The translations under genes were made by a program, and so were the position numbers. A stretch of 64,000 nt of DNA, taken from contig VXMQ01000016.1 in NCBI GenBank assembly GCA_009841015.1, forward strand, positions 1,419 through 65,418, given 5' to 3'. This document shows positions 1-7,337 of this stretch, in pieces (positions within the stretch are counted from its first letter, which is position 1; every line of letters begins with the position of its first letter). The notes under the pieces are model-generated. The model was not told the DNA's origin. It was given only the letters and a program-made list of their open reading frames with translations, and searched no databases. The stretch is from Candidatus Palauibacter denitrificans (lineage in GTDB: Bacteria; Gemmatimonadota; Gemmatimonadetes; Palauibacterales; Palauibacteraceae).

Positions 1-202
1 CGTGACGGTGCCGCGGCAGGTCGCGATGTACCTCATCAAGACACACCTGGACCTGCCCTATTCCGACATCGGCCACCTCTTCGGCGGCCGGAATCACTCG
101 ACCGTCATCCACTCCGTGAACAAGGTCGAGGCGGATATGGCGTCGGATCCCGCGCTTCGCGGCCGCGTCGGCCAGCTGCAACAAGAGCTGTTTCGAACCT
201 GA
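1..202 (+). CDS. dnaA: Chromosomal replication initiator DnaA, C-terminal (domain IV) fragment; 5' end lies outside the window
   Basis: Translation VAMYLIKTHLDLPYSDIGHLFGGRNHSTVIHSVNKV matches the conserved DnaA DNA-binding region. It is followed by dnaN, the canonical order. Confidence 0.9.
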   Translation, partial: VTVPRQVAMYLIKTHLDLPYSDIGHLFGGRNHSTVIHSVNKVEADMASDPALRGRVGQLQQELFRT

Positions 203-484
203 TGTCGCGTTCGTCCATTAACGTGTGCAAAACCGGACGAAGACCCTCTCCTTGCACACACCGTCGGGCGCACGCGCTCCGCCGTGATGCCGAGGTTTCG
301 CCGGAGCTTCGACAGCCGTGTCCGCGTGTCGACAGCGGGCGCGGCGTCCCAGGCCGCGAGAAACATGGCGAAGCACGGCTTTTCGACACTTCGACAGGCT
401 CTACTACTACTCGGTTGAGACCTGTATCATACGCAACCGTAGAACCCACGGTGGAAAACTCGAACCGATACCGCCGGAGCTGAA

Positions 485-1612
485 ATGAGATTCTCGATCA
501 CCCGAGAGGCACTCCAGCAGGGGTTGGCGGCGAGCGCCGCCGCCGTCCCGACGCGAGCCGCTCTCCCGGTTCTCTCGAACATCCTGATCCATGCGGAGGA
601 CGATGCCGTGCGGCTGAGCGGCACGGACATGTCCATCTTCGTCTCGTTGTCCGTGCCGGCCGAAGTCTCGGAGGCGGGAGTCGTCGCGCTGCCCGCGAGA
701 CAGCTCCTGGAGATCTCGCGCGTACTCGATGACGCGCCGGTGAAGTTCGCGGCCGCGGGGGGCGATCGCGACGCGGCCGCGACCGGAGTGGACATCGAGT
801 GCGGCCGGAGCAAGTTCCGCCTCTACGGGCAGGCTCCGGACGAGTTCCCGGACTTCCCCGACGTCGACTTCGCCGGCGGCTGGGAGATGTCCGCCGGCGA
901 GCTGCAGACGCTGATCGAGCGCACGAGCTTCGCCGTTTCCACGGAGGACAGCCGCCCGATTCTGAACGGGATTCTGTGGCAGTTGCGCGAAGCGGCGACC
1001 GTCATGGTCGCAACGAACGGCCACCGGCTCGCGAAGATGTCCCGCGAACTGGACGTCAGCGGCTCCCCGGCCGAGGTGGACCTCATCATTCCGCCGAAGG
1101 CGCTGAACCAGGTGCAGAAGCTGTATTCGGCCGACACAGTGCTTCAGGTGGCGCGTTCGGAGAACCACCTGGCCTTCCGGTCCGAGGACCGGGAGGTCTT
1201 CACTTCACTCATCGAGGGGCCGTATCCGAACTACGAGCAGGTCATCCCGAAGGACAACGACAAGGTTGCGACCGTGAACCGCGCGGCGCTCGAGACCGCG
1301 GTGCGGCGCGTCGCGGTGATGGCGGATGACTCCACGAGGCGGGTACGCCTCTCCTTCAGGGCCGGCGACCTCGGTTTCAAGGTTCAGACGCCGGATCTCG
1401 GGGAGGCGGAGGACGCGCTGTCGCTGGACTACGAGGGCGAGGACATCCAGATCGGCTTCAATGCGACGTACCTCCTCGAGGTATTGCGTCACATGCCGGA
1501 GGAGGATGTTCGGATGACGTTCAAGGCGCCGGAACGAGCGGCGACCTTCTCTCCCGCGAGCGGTGAACCCGACTATCTCTGCCTCGTCATGCCGCTGCGC
1601 ATTCTCGACTGA
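485..1612 (+). CDS. dnaN: DNA polymerase III beta subunit (sliding clamp)
   Basis: 375 aa, typical length. N-terminus MRFSITREALQQGL and C-terminus YLCLVMPLRI are characteristic of DnaN. ATG start with upstream GGAG; position directly after dnaA. Confidence 0.93.
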   Translation: MRFSITREALQQGLAASAAAVPTRAALPVLSNILIHAEDDAVRLSGTDMSIFVSLSVPAEVSEAGVVALPARQLLEISRVLDDAPVKFAAAGGDRDAAATGVDIECGRSKFRLYGQAPDEFPDFPDVDFAGGWEMSAGELQTLIERTSFAVSTEDSRPILNGILWQLREAATVMVATNGHRLAKMSRELDVSGSPAEVDLIIPPKALNQVQKLYSADTVLQVARSENHLAFRSEDREVFTSLIEGPYPNYEQVIPKDNDKVATVNRAALETAVRRVAVMADDSTRRVRLSFRAGDLGFKVQTPDLGEAEDALSLDYEGEDIQIGFNATYLLEVLRHMPEEDVRMTFKAPERAATFSPASGEPDYLCLVMPLRILD

Positions 1613-1629
1613 GTCGCGACGCGAACCGA

Positions 1630-2391
1630 ATGAAGGCGTGCGCGAAGTGCGGGCACGAGAGCGCCGCGTTCGGTCGCTGCCCCTTCTGCGGAGAGGCCGC
1701 GGCGACGTCCGACGAGGAACCCGCCGGCTACGGCGCAGGCACGGGAGACGTCAACCTGCCCGCATGGGAGGACCCGGGGGTATCCTTCCCGCTGAACCTG
1801 GTCGAGACGTGGCGCCGGAGCGTGTTCGAGCCCGGCGCCTTCTTCGCCGACGGGCCCTTCGAGCGCGCCGCCGTGCGCCCGGTCCTGTACTACCTTGTGA
1901 TCAGCGTCCTCGCAGCCGCGCTGTCGCTGACCTGGGGCGCGCTGCTGCCGGCCACGCAATCGGGCTTCGTGGAGACGCTCGCCGAGATCATGAACGTCGC
2001 CGTGCCGGATGGGACGGACACCACGGGCTCCGTCAGCAGGCTCGCGGACTTCTTTCTCGCCCCATTCTGGGCGGTGCTGTACCTCATCATCGCGAGCCTG
2101 GTCCTCCATGTGTTCGTGCTGCTGCTGGTCCCCGGGCGTCGCGGCCTCACAGCGACGGTTCGCACCATCTGCTATGCCTGCGGCCCCGGCGTGTTCGCAA
2201 TCGTCCCGTTCATCGGCGGTTGGGTGGCAGGCATCTGGGGAATCGTGCTGACCGTGATCGGCCTGCGGGAAGCGCACCGGACCACGACCGGACGGGCCTT
2301 CGCGGCATGGCTGCTTGCGGCCGCCCTGCCGATCGCCTTCCTGCTGCTGGGGGTCGTGCTCGTCATCGCCCGCGTGGCAAGCGGAGTTTGA
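1630..2391 (+). CDS. Membrane protein with N-terminal zinc-ribbon (CxxC..CxxC) and Yip1-like multi-pass domain
   Basis: CAKCGHESAAFGRCPFCGE motif, followed by about 5 hydrophobic helices. The domain assignment is from pattern memory only. Confidence 0.55.
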   Translation: MKACAKCGHESAAFGRCPFCGEAAATSDEEPAGYGAGTGDVNLPAWEDPGVSFPLNLVETWRRSVFEPGAFFADGPFERAAVRPVLYYLVISVLAAALSLTWGALLPATQSGFVETLAEIMNVAVPDGTDTTGSVSRLADFFLAPFWAVLYLIIASLVLHVFVLLLVPGRRGLTATVRTICYACGPGVFAIVPFIGGWVAGIWGIVLTVIGLREAHRTTTGRAFAAWLLAAALPIAFLLLGVVLVIARVASGV

Positions 2392-2408
2392 GCCTCGTTC
2401 GGACCACC

Positions 2409-3149
2409 GTGAATCCCGGGTCGACCGCCGCGGTTCCACGGCCTGCCGCCACGGTCGTCGTCGCCACCCAGGCGCGCGCCGGGCTGGAGGTCCTCCTGCT
2501 TCAGCGCCCCGCCGATGCCCGGTTCGGAGCCGGGGCGTGGGCCTTTCCGGGCGGTGCGATCGACGCCGATGACGCCCGCGCGATGTGGGCGGACCGACTG
2601 CCGGGCACAGGCGAAGCCGCGGCGTGCGTGGCGGCGCTGCGGGAACTGTTCGAGGAGACGGGCATCATGCCGGCGCCGTGGGGCCACATCGACTCGGTCG
2701 CGCTTGCCCTGGCTCGCCGGGCGTTGCTCGAGGAGAGCATCCCCTTCTCGGAGGTGGCGGAGCGGCTCGAACTCGACTTTTCGTCCACGCGCATGGCGTA
2801 CTTCGCGCGCTGGATCACACCGCGCGGTGCGGCGCTGCGGTTCGACACCCGTTTCTTCCTCCTCTCGCTGGAGGAGCGGCCGCGTCGCGTCCGTCTCACG
2901 CCGGAACACGAGGCGGCCACCTGGACGACGCCCGCTGCGGCCCTCCGGCGCTTCTCCGCCGGCCGGCTGCCCATGATGTTCCCGACCGCAAGGACGATCG
3001 AGCGCCTCGCCGGTTTTGGGTCGGTCGAGGATGCCATGGCGGCGCTCGGCGATGTGAATGTGGAACCCGCCCTGGTCCGGCTCGGCGTCGGTGAGGAGGG
3101 GGTGACGCCGCTCGCGCCCGGGGACCCCGGATACGACGAAGGCCGGTGA
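2409..3149 (+). CDS. NUDIX hydrolase
   Basis: Nudix box FPGGAID...AALRELFEETGI lies in the 3' part of the 1563..3149 ORF. The 5' part of that ORF overlaps the Yip1-like gene and looks non-coding. GTG 2409 is the first plausible start (approximate). Confidence 0.75.
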   Translation: MNPGSTAAVPRPAATVVVATQARAGLEVLLLQRPADARFGAGAWAFPGGAIDADDARAMWADRLPGTGEAAACVAALRELFEETGIMPAPWGHIDSVALALARRALLEESIPFSEVAERLELDFSSTRMAYFARWITPRGAALRFDTRFFLLSLEERPRRVRLTPEHEAATWTTPAAALRRFSAGRLPMMFPTARTIERLAGFGSVEDAMAALGDVNVEPALVRLGVGEEGVTPLAPGDPGYDEGR

Positions 3150-3955
3150 CCGCCGGTGCCGCGTCCCTGGAACACGTCTCCCGGTACGGCCCGGGCGTCA
3201 CGGCGGTGCGTGCCGACAACCCGGGCCCACTCACCCTGACCGGGACGCAGACGTACGTGATCGGGACCGGGCCGCTGATCGTTCTGGACCCCGGGCCGCG
3301 GGACGAAGCGCACCTCGGCCGCGTCGAGGATGTGATCGCCGGAAGGCCCGTGGCGGCGGTCTGCCTGACCCACGCGCACGCGGACCACTCGGCGTCCGCG
3401 GCGGACGCCGCCGCCCGCTGGGGAGAACTCCACGCCTCGGCCGCCACCCTCGACCGCGTGGGGTCGCCGGGCCGCGCGCTGGCGGATGACGAGACGCTGG
3501 AGGCCGGAGAGGGGTTCCGCCTGAGGGCGATCGCGACGCCCGGTCATTCCGCGGACCACCTCTGCTACCTGCTCGAACCGTCGCGCAGCCTGTTCACGGG
3601 GGATCTCGTGCTCGGAGAGGGGAGCACGATGATCGCCCACCCGGACGGGTCGGTGGAGGCCTACCTCGCGAGTCTGGCGCGCCTCGCGGCCCTCCGTCCC
3701 GAACGCCTGCTGCCGGGACACGGCTCCCCCGTCGAGGACGCGCTCGCACGCCTGGAGGAATGCCGCGCGCACCGGCTGCGGCGCGTGGCGTCCGTCCGGC
3801 GGGCGCTGGAGGCCGGCGCCCGGACTCCGGAGCGGATCCGGGCCGCGGTCTACGGGGACCTTTCCGTCTCGCACCACGCGGCGGCGGACCTCACGATCCG
3901 CGCCTACCTCGCCTTTCTCGGGGAGACATCCTCGTCGATCAGCCGCCGGAGATAG
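3146..3955 (+). CDS. MBL-fold metallo-hydrolase
   Basis: HxHxDH motif (LTHAHADHS) and later TPGHSADH. GTGA start/stop overlap with the Nudix gene. Confidence 0.8.
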   Translation: MTAGAASLEHVSRYGPGVTAVRADNPGPLTLTGTQTYVIGTGPLIVLDPGPRDEAHLGRVEDVIAGRPVAAVCLTHAHADHSASAADAAARWGELHASAATLDRVGSPGRALADDETLEAGEGFRLRAIATPGHSADHLCYLLEPSRSLFTGDLVLGEGSTMIAHPDGSVEAYLASLARLAALRPERLLPGHGSPVEDALARLEECRAHRLRRVASVRRALEAGARTPERIRAAVYGDLSVSHHAAADLTIRAYLAFLGETSSSISRRR

Positions 3956-4998
3956 GCGGGAAACGCGAGGTCGCCGAACTCTCCGGCGCCCACCCAGCGG
4001 TGCGGACGCCGCGGCTGGACCTCACCGGATCGCCAATGGGCCCCGTGCACCGCGAGCCGCAGACGGAAGTGGCTGAACGCATGCCGCAGCACGCGAATCT
4101 CCTCGCCGACGCGACAGTCGAGGCCGAACCGTTCCCGGAGGGCGCTCGTGAGCGCGGCCGCGGGCGGGGTCGGCGAGGACAGCCGGACGGAGGGGAAATC
4201 CCACAGGCCGCCCAGGAGCCCGTCCGACGGCCGCCGCAGCACGAGCACCCGCCGTCCGCGGCGGACCACGGCGGCCGCCTCGACCCGCTCGGGAGATGGA
4301 GCGCGCCTCTTCAGCGGCGGCCGCTGCCCCACGGTGCCCCGTCGCCTCGCCAGACAACGATTCGATAGCGGGCACGCTCCACATCGCGGACGGCGAGCCG
4401 TACAGACCTCGCTCCCGAGGTCCATCAGCGCCTGGTTCACATCGCCCGGCCGCTCCGGGGCCTCGCCGAGGAGCGTTCGCGCGGCCCGGTCGAGCTCGGA
4501 GGGAGAGGCCGTCTCGAGATCGCCCACGCGCGACAGCACGCGCCGCGCGTTCCCATCGACCGCGGGCTCCGGCAGCCCGAACGCGACGCTGGCGACGGCA
4601 CCCGCCGTATACGGGCCCACCCCCGGGAGCGTCCGCAGCTCCGACACCGCCCGCGGGATCCGGCCGCCGTACTCCGACAGCACGCGCCGCGCCGCCCGCC
4701 GCAGGTTGCGGGCCCGCGCGTAGTACCCCAATCCCTCCCACAGGCCGAGGACCTCGTCCTCTTCCGCTTTCGCGAGCGTCCGCACGTCGGGAAAGCGATC
4801 CATGAAACGCCGATGGTACGGCGCCGCCGTCTCCACGCGCGTCTGCTGCGCCATGACCTCGGCCACGAGGATCGCGTAGGGGTCCCGCTCTCCGCGCCAG
4901 GCGACGACGTCCCGCCGCCGTGCGTCGAACCACTCCAGCAGCGGCGCCGCCAGCGCGGACGCCCCGGGGTCAGCGCGCGGCTTCGGGGAAGACACCAT
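3904..4998 (-). CDS. mutY: A/G-specific adenine DNA glycosylase MutY
   Basis: Contains AEVMAQQTRV, a helix-hairpin-helix PGVGPYTAGAV, a 4Cys cluster CTARRPRCGACPLSNRC and a C-terminal Nudix-like domain. Confidence 0.88.
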   Translation of the reverse strand: MVSSPKPRADPGASALAAPLLEWFDARRRDVVAWRGERDPYAILVAEVMAQQTRVETAAPYHRRFMDRFPDVRTLAKAEEDEVLGLWEGLGYYARARNLRRAARRVLSEYGGRIPRAVSELRTLPGVGPYTAGAVASVAFGLPEPAVDGNARRVLSRVGDLETASPSELDRAARTLLGEAPERPGDVNQALMDLGSEVCTARRPRCGACPLSNRCLARRRGTVGQRPPLKRRAPSPERVEAAAVVRRGRRVLVLRRPSDGLLGGLWDFPSVRLSSPTPPAAALTSALRERFGLDCRVGEEIRVLRHAFSHFRLRLAVHGAHWRSGEVQPRRPHRWVGAGEFGDLAFPAYLRRLIDEDVSPRKAR

Positions 4999-5773
4999 CG
5001 AAGATGAACACCGCCGGTCCGCCGAGCCGGATCCGCCCCGCCTCGAGGAACTCCACCGTCAACGCGGCCCCGGACCGCACGAGGAACTCGACCCGGTCCC
5101 CCGCCTCGCCCGCCGCCCGGAGCGCGAACGCGGTCGCCATGCAGCCGCTGCCGCAGGCGAGCGTCTCCCCCTCCACGCCCCGCTCGAAGGTGCGGATCAG
5201 CACCGTCCCTCCGTCGCGGGCGACCAGGTGCACATTCGCCCCTTTCGGTCCGACATCCTCCCGCCACCGCAGGGGCCGGCAGAGATCGTCAAAGTCCTCC
5301 ACGTCGACGGATGGGACGGGGATCACGAGGTGGGCCGTTCCCATCCGCACGAGCCAGGCGTCCCGTTCCCGCTCATTCCCGGTTCCGACGGCCGCGCGCA
5401 ACTCGCGCTCCACGCGGGCGTCGAGCGCGTACTCCAGCGCCACACCGTCCTCGCGCACCCGCGCCAGGATCTCACCGTCGTCCGTCACGAGGATGTGATC
5501 GGGAGGTACGAGCCCGCGGTCCACCGCGTAGCGCGCCGCGCAGCGCGAACCGTTCCCGCAGGTGGAAAACTCGGAGCCGTCGCGATTGAAGAACCGGAGG
5601 CGGACGACCTCTTCGCTCAGGCTCCGGACCGTGATCAACCCGTCCACGCCGACGCCCGTCGCGCGGGGACACAGGACGGCGGCCAGGGCCCCCGCATCCC
5701 GGAGCCCCAGTTCTTCGCCGCGGACGATCGCGAAGTCGTTGCCGGCTCCCGTGTATTTGCTGAATAACGACAT
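4970..5773 (-). CDS. dapF: Diaminopimelate epimerase
   Basis: MSLFSKYTGAGNDFAIV, FFNRDGSEFSTCGNGSRC and ETLACGSG are the two catalytic-Cys motifs of DapF. Overlaps the mutY start by 29 nt (operon). Confidence 0.92.
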   Translation of the reverse strand: MSLFSKYTGAGNDFAIVRGEELGLRDAGALAAVLCPRATGVGVDGLITVRSLSEEVVRLRFFNRDGSEFSTCGNGSRCAARYAVDRGLVPPDHILVTDDGEILARVREDGVALEYALDARVERELRAAVGTGNERERDAWLVRMGTAHLVIPVPSVDVEDFDDLCRPLRWREDVGPKGANVHLVARDGGTVLIRTFERGVEGETLACGSGCMATAFALRAAGEAGDRVEFLVRSGAALTVEFLEAGRIRLGGPAVFIFDGVFPEAAR

Positions 5774-5792
5774 TGTCAGAGCAGAGGGGGGA

Positions 5793-5833
5793 TGAAAAGG
5801 AAGCCGGCCGCGAGCGTGAAACCCGCGGCCGGC
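5793..5833 (-). terminator. Intrinsic terminator-like hairpin about 20 nt upstream of the dapF start codon
   Basis: On the minus strand, GCCGGCCGCG (5833-5824) pairs perfectly with CGCGGCCGGC (5812-5803). It is followed by TTCCTTTTCATC. Confidence 0.7.
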
Positions 5834-5839
5834 TCCTGT

Positions 5840-6011
5840 CTCAACCGAAACCTGACTCGACGCGACGCCGGCGAGGCACCGCAGCTTTCAGGTCGGCGCA
5901 TGTCTCGAGCGCCACCGGTTCAGGACCGGTTACGCTGCCTCGAGGCGATCGCTTGCCCGTGCCGAGTCAGACCCGGTTCTCCATCCTTCAGACACTAGAT
6001 CACCTCCTTCC
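5840..6011 (-). promoter_or_regulatory. Candidate structured leader RNA / attenuator (or sRNA) preceding dapF
   Basis: Long-range helix CTGACTCG (5970-5963) : CGAGTCAG (5859-5852) encloses nested hairpins. A 12-nt perfect SD, AAGGAGGTGATC (6009-5998), is followed 2 nt after the 12-mer (7 nt after the GGAGG core) by GTG, which opens a 21-codon uORF (5995..5930). No ORF of 60 aa or more on this strand. Confidence 0.4.
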
Positions 6012-6148
6012 AAGGGGTTCACGGATAGGGCACGAAAACACCTACTGTGCGGCATGATGCTGTCCGCTCGCCCCCGCGGCAAGTTTTTTTGTCTTGCTCA
6101 CCCCGTCACCTTGCGTGAGAATCATGCCGGCCAGACGGCGAGGGGGAG

Positions 6149-6826
6149 ATGAAGGACAGCCAGGAAAGGGCGTTGTCGCCGGAGGAGCGGCAGGCGACGG
6201 TGGACCGTCTCTGCGCGCATTTCGCGCGCGACGCCATGAACACCACGGAACTGGAGCGCCGCCTGGACATCGCGTACGCCGCGCGCACCCGGGCGGAACT
6301 CATCGCGCTCGAGCGAGACCTTCCCGGACTCCCGAGCGAAACCCGCCCGGCAGTCCCGGAGCCCTCGCCGTCCGCCTCCGTCCCGGTGGATCCCGCGCGC
6401 CCCGTCCAGGACCACGACCTCATCGTCTCGATCTGGGGGGCGACCGAGCGCAAGGGCAGCTGGGTTCCGCCCCGCCAGCTCACCGCCGTCACCGTGATGG
6501 GGGGTACGGATCTCGATTTTCGGCAGGCGGCGTTCGCGACGGAGACGGTTTCGATCCGACTCCTCGCCCTCATGGGAGGCGTGGACATCGTCGTCCCTCC
6601 GGGAGTCCGCGTCGAGTGGGGCGGCATCGCGCTGATGGGGGGCGTGACCATGCCCGAACCCGTCACGCCGCCGGCCCCGGACGCTCCCGTCGTTCGCCTC
6701 AGCGGTCTCGTCTGCATGGGAGGCGTGGACGTCGTTGAGCGACACCCGGGCGAGAGCGCGAGGGACGCGCGGAAGCGGATCAGAAAGGATCGCAAAGCCC
6801 GGCGAAGACTCGCGTCGGGCGACTAG
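6149..6826 (+). CDS. DUF1707 domain protein with LiaF/YvqF-like C-terminal domain
   Basis: N-terminus LSPEERQATVDRLCAHFARDAMNTTELERRLDIAYAARTRAELIALERDLP fits the DUF1707 pattern. The C-terminus has repeated MGG(V/T)D beta-strand motifs as in LiaF-like domains. GAGGGGGAG RBS before the ATG. Confidence 0.65.
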   Translation: MKDSQERALSPEERQATVDRLCAHFARDAMNTTELERRLDIAYAARTRAELIALERDLPGLPSETRPAVPEPSPSASVPVDPARPVQDHDLIVSIWGATERKGSWVPPRQLTAVTVMGGTDLDFRQAAFATETVSIRLLALMGGVDIVVPPGVRVEWGGIALMGGVTMPEPVTPPAPDAPVVRLSGLVCMGGVDVVERHPGESARDARKRIRKDRKARRRLASGD

Positions 6827-6838
6827 CGGCAGAGTTGC

Positions 6839-6868
6839 TTGACGCCCGGCTCGCGGCTCGGATATAGT
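6839..6868 (+). promoter_or_regulatory. Sigma-70-type promoter candidate for gcvH-gcvP
   Basis: TTGACG (6839-6844), 18-nt spacer, TATAGT (6863-6868). Lies about 50 nt upstream of the gcvH ATG. Confidence 0.5.
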
Positions 6869-6919
6869 CCCCACGCCGCCACCCCAGAGACGCTCGATCC
6901 GAAGCAAGGCAAGGTACGC

Positions 6920-7321
6920 ATGTCGGACATTCCGGAAGACCTCAGATACACGGCCGAGCACGAATACGTGCGGGAAACCGACGTCGACGGCGAGGTCTTG
7001 ATCGGCATCACGGACTACGCCCAGGGCGAACTGGGCGATGTGGTCTACGTCGAACTCCCCGCGCCCGGCGAAGAGTTCGGACAGATGGAGGCGTTCGGGA
7101 CCGTCGAGGCCGTGAAGACCGTCTCCGAACTCTTCTGTCCCGCGGCGGGCGCGATCGTGGCGGTGAACGACGCGCTGGAGGCAGACCCCGGTCTCGTCAA
7201 CAGCGATCCCTACGGTGAAGGCTGGATGATCCGCCTCGAGCTGGAAGCGCCCGAGGACTTCAACGACCTCCTCACCGCCGAACAGTACTCCGCCCTCGTC
7301 GCCGACGCGGACGAGATCTGA
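6920..7321 (+). CDS. gcvH: Glycine cleavage system protein H
   Basis: [17 protein letters not shown]...; the lipoyl-lysine motif [10 protein letters not shown] is present. The ATG at 6920 fits the family N-terminus; the TTG of the ORF track at 6839 is the -35 box above. Confidence 0.92.
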   Translation: MSDIPEDLRYTAEHEYVRETDVDGEVLIGITDYAQGELGDVVYVELPAPGEEFGQMEAFGTVEAVKTVSELFCPAAGAIVAVNDALEADPGLVNSDPYGEGWMIRLELEAPEDFNDLLTAEQYSALVADADEI

Positions 7322-7337
7322 CGGCCCGCTCCTGAAC

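Noticed and set aside
1563-2408. N-terminal 280 codons of the 528-aa ORF 1563..3149
   Set aside because: They overlap the Yip1-like membrane gene in another frame and translate to Arg-rich low complexity. Only the 3' Nudix portion (from about 2409) looks real.
5998-6011. Plus-strand GATCACCTCCTTCC, identical to the 3' end of 16S rRNA
   Set aside because: There is no 16S-like sequence upstream (no conserved helix 44/45 context). It is better explained as the complement of an extended Shine-Dalgarno on the minus strand.
5774-6148. Attempted assignment of the dapF-upstream RNA to the lysine riboswitch, glycine riboswitch (plus strand), TPP riboswitch, SRP RNA, 6S RNA or RNase P RNA
   Set aside because: Short resemblances (GGAGGTG, GCGCCGAC, CTGAAAGC, ACCTGA) occur in the wrong order or spacing relative to the consensus sequences as I remember them. 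No class could be supported without a covariance-model search.
6827-6919. Possible glycine riboswitch in the gcvH leader
   Set aside because: The leader is too short (about 50 nt after the putative -10) and lacks GGAGAG / ACCGAAGGGGCAA-type cores.
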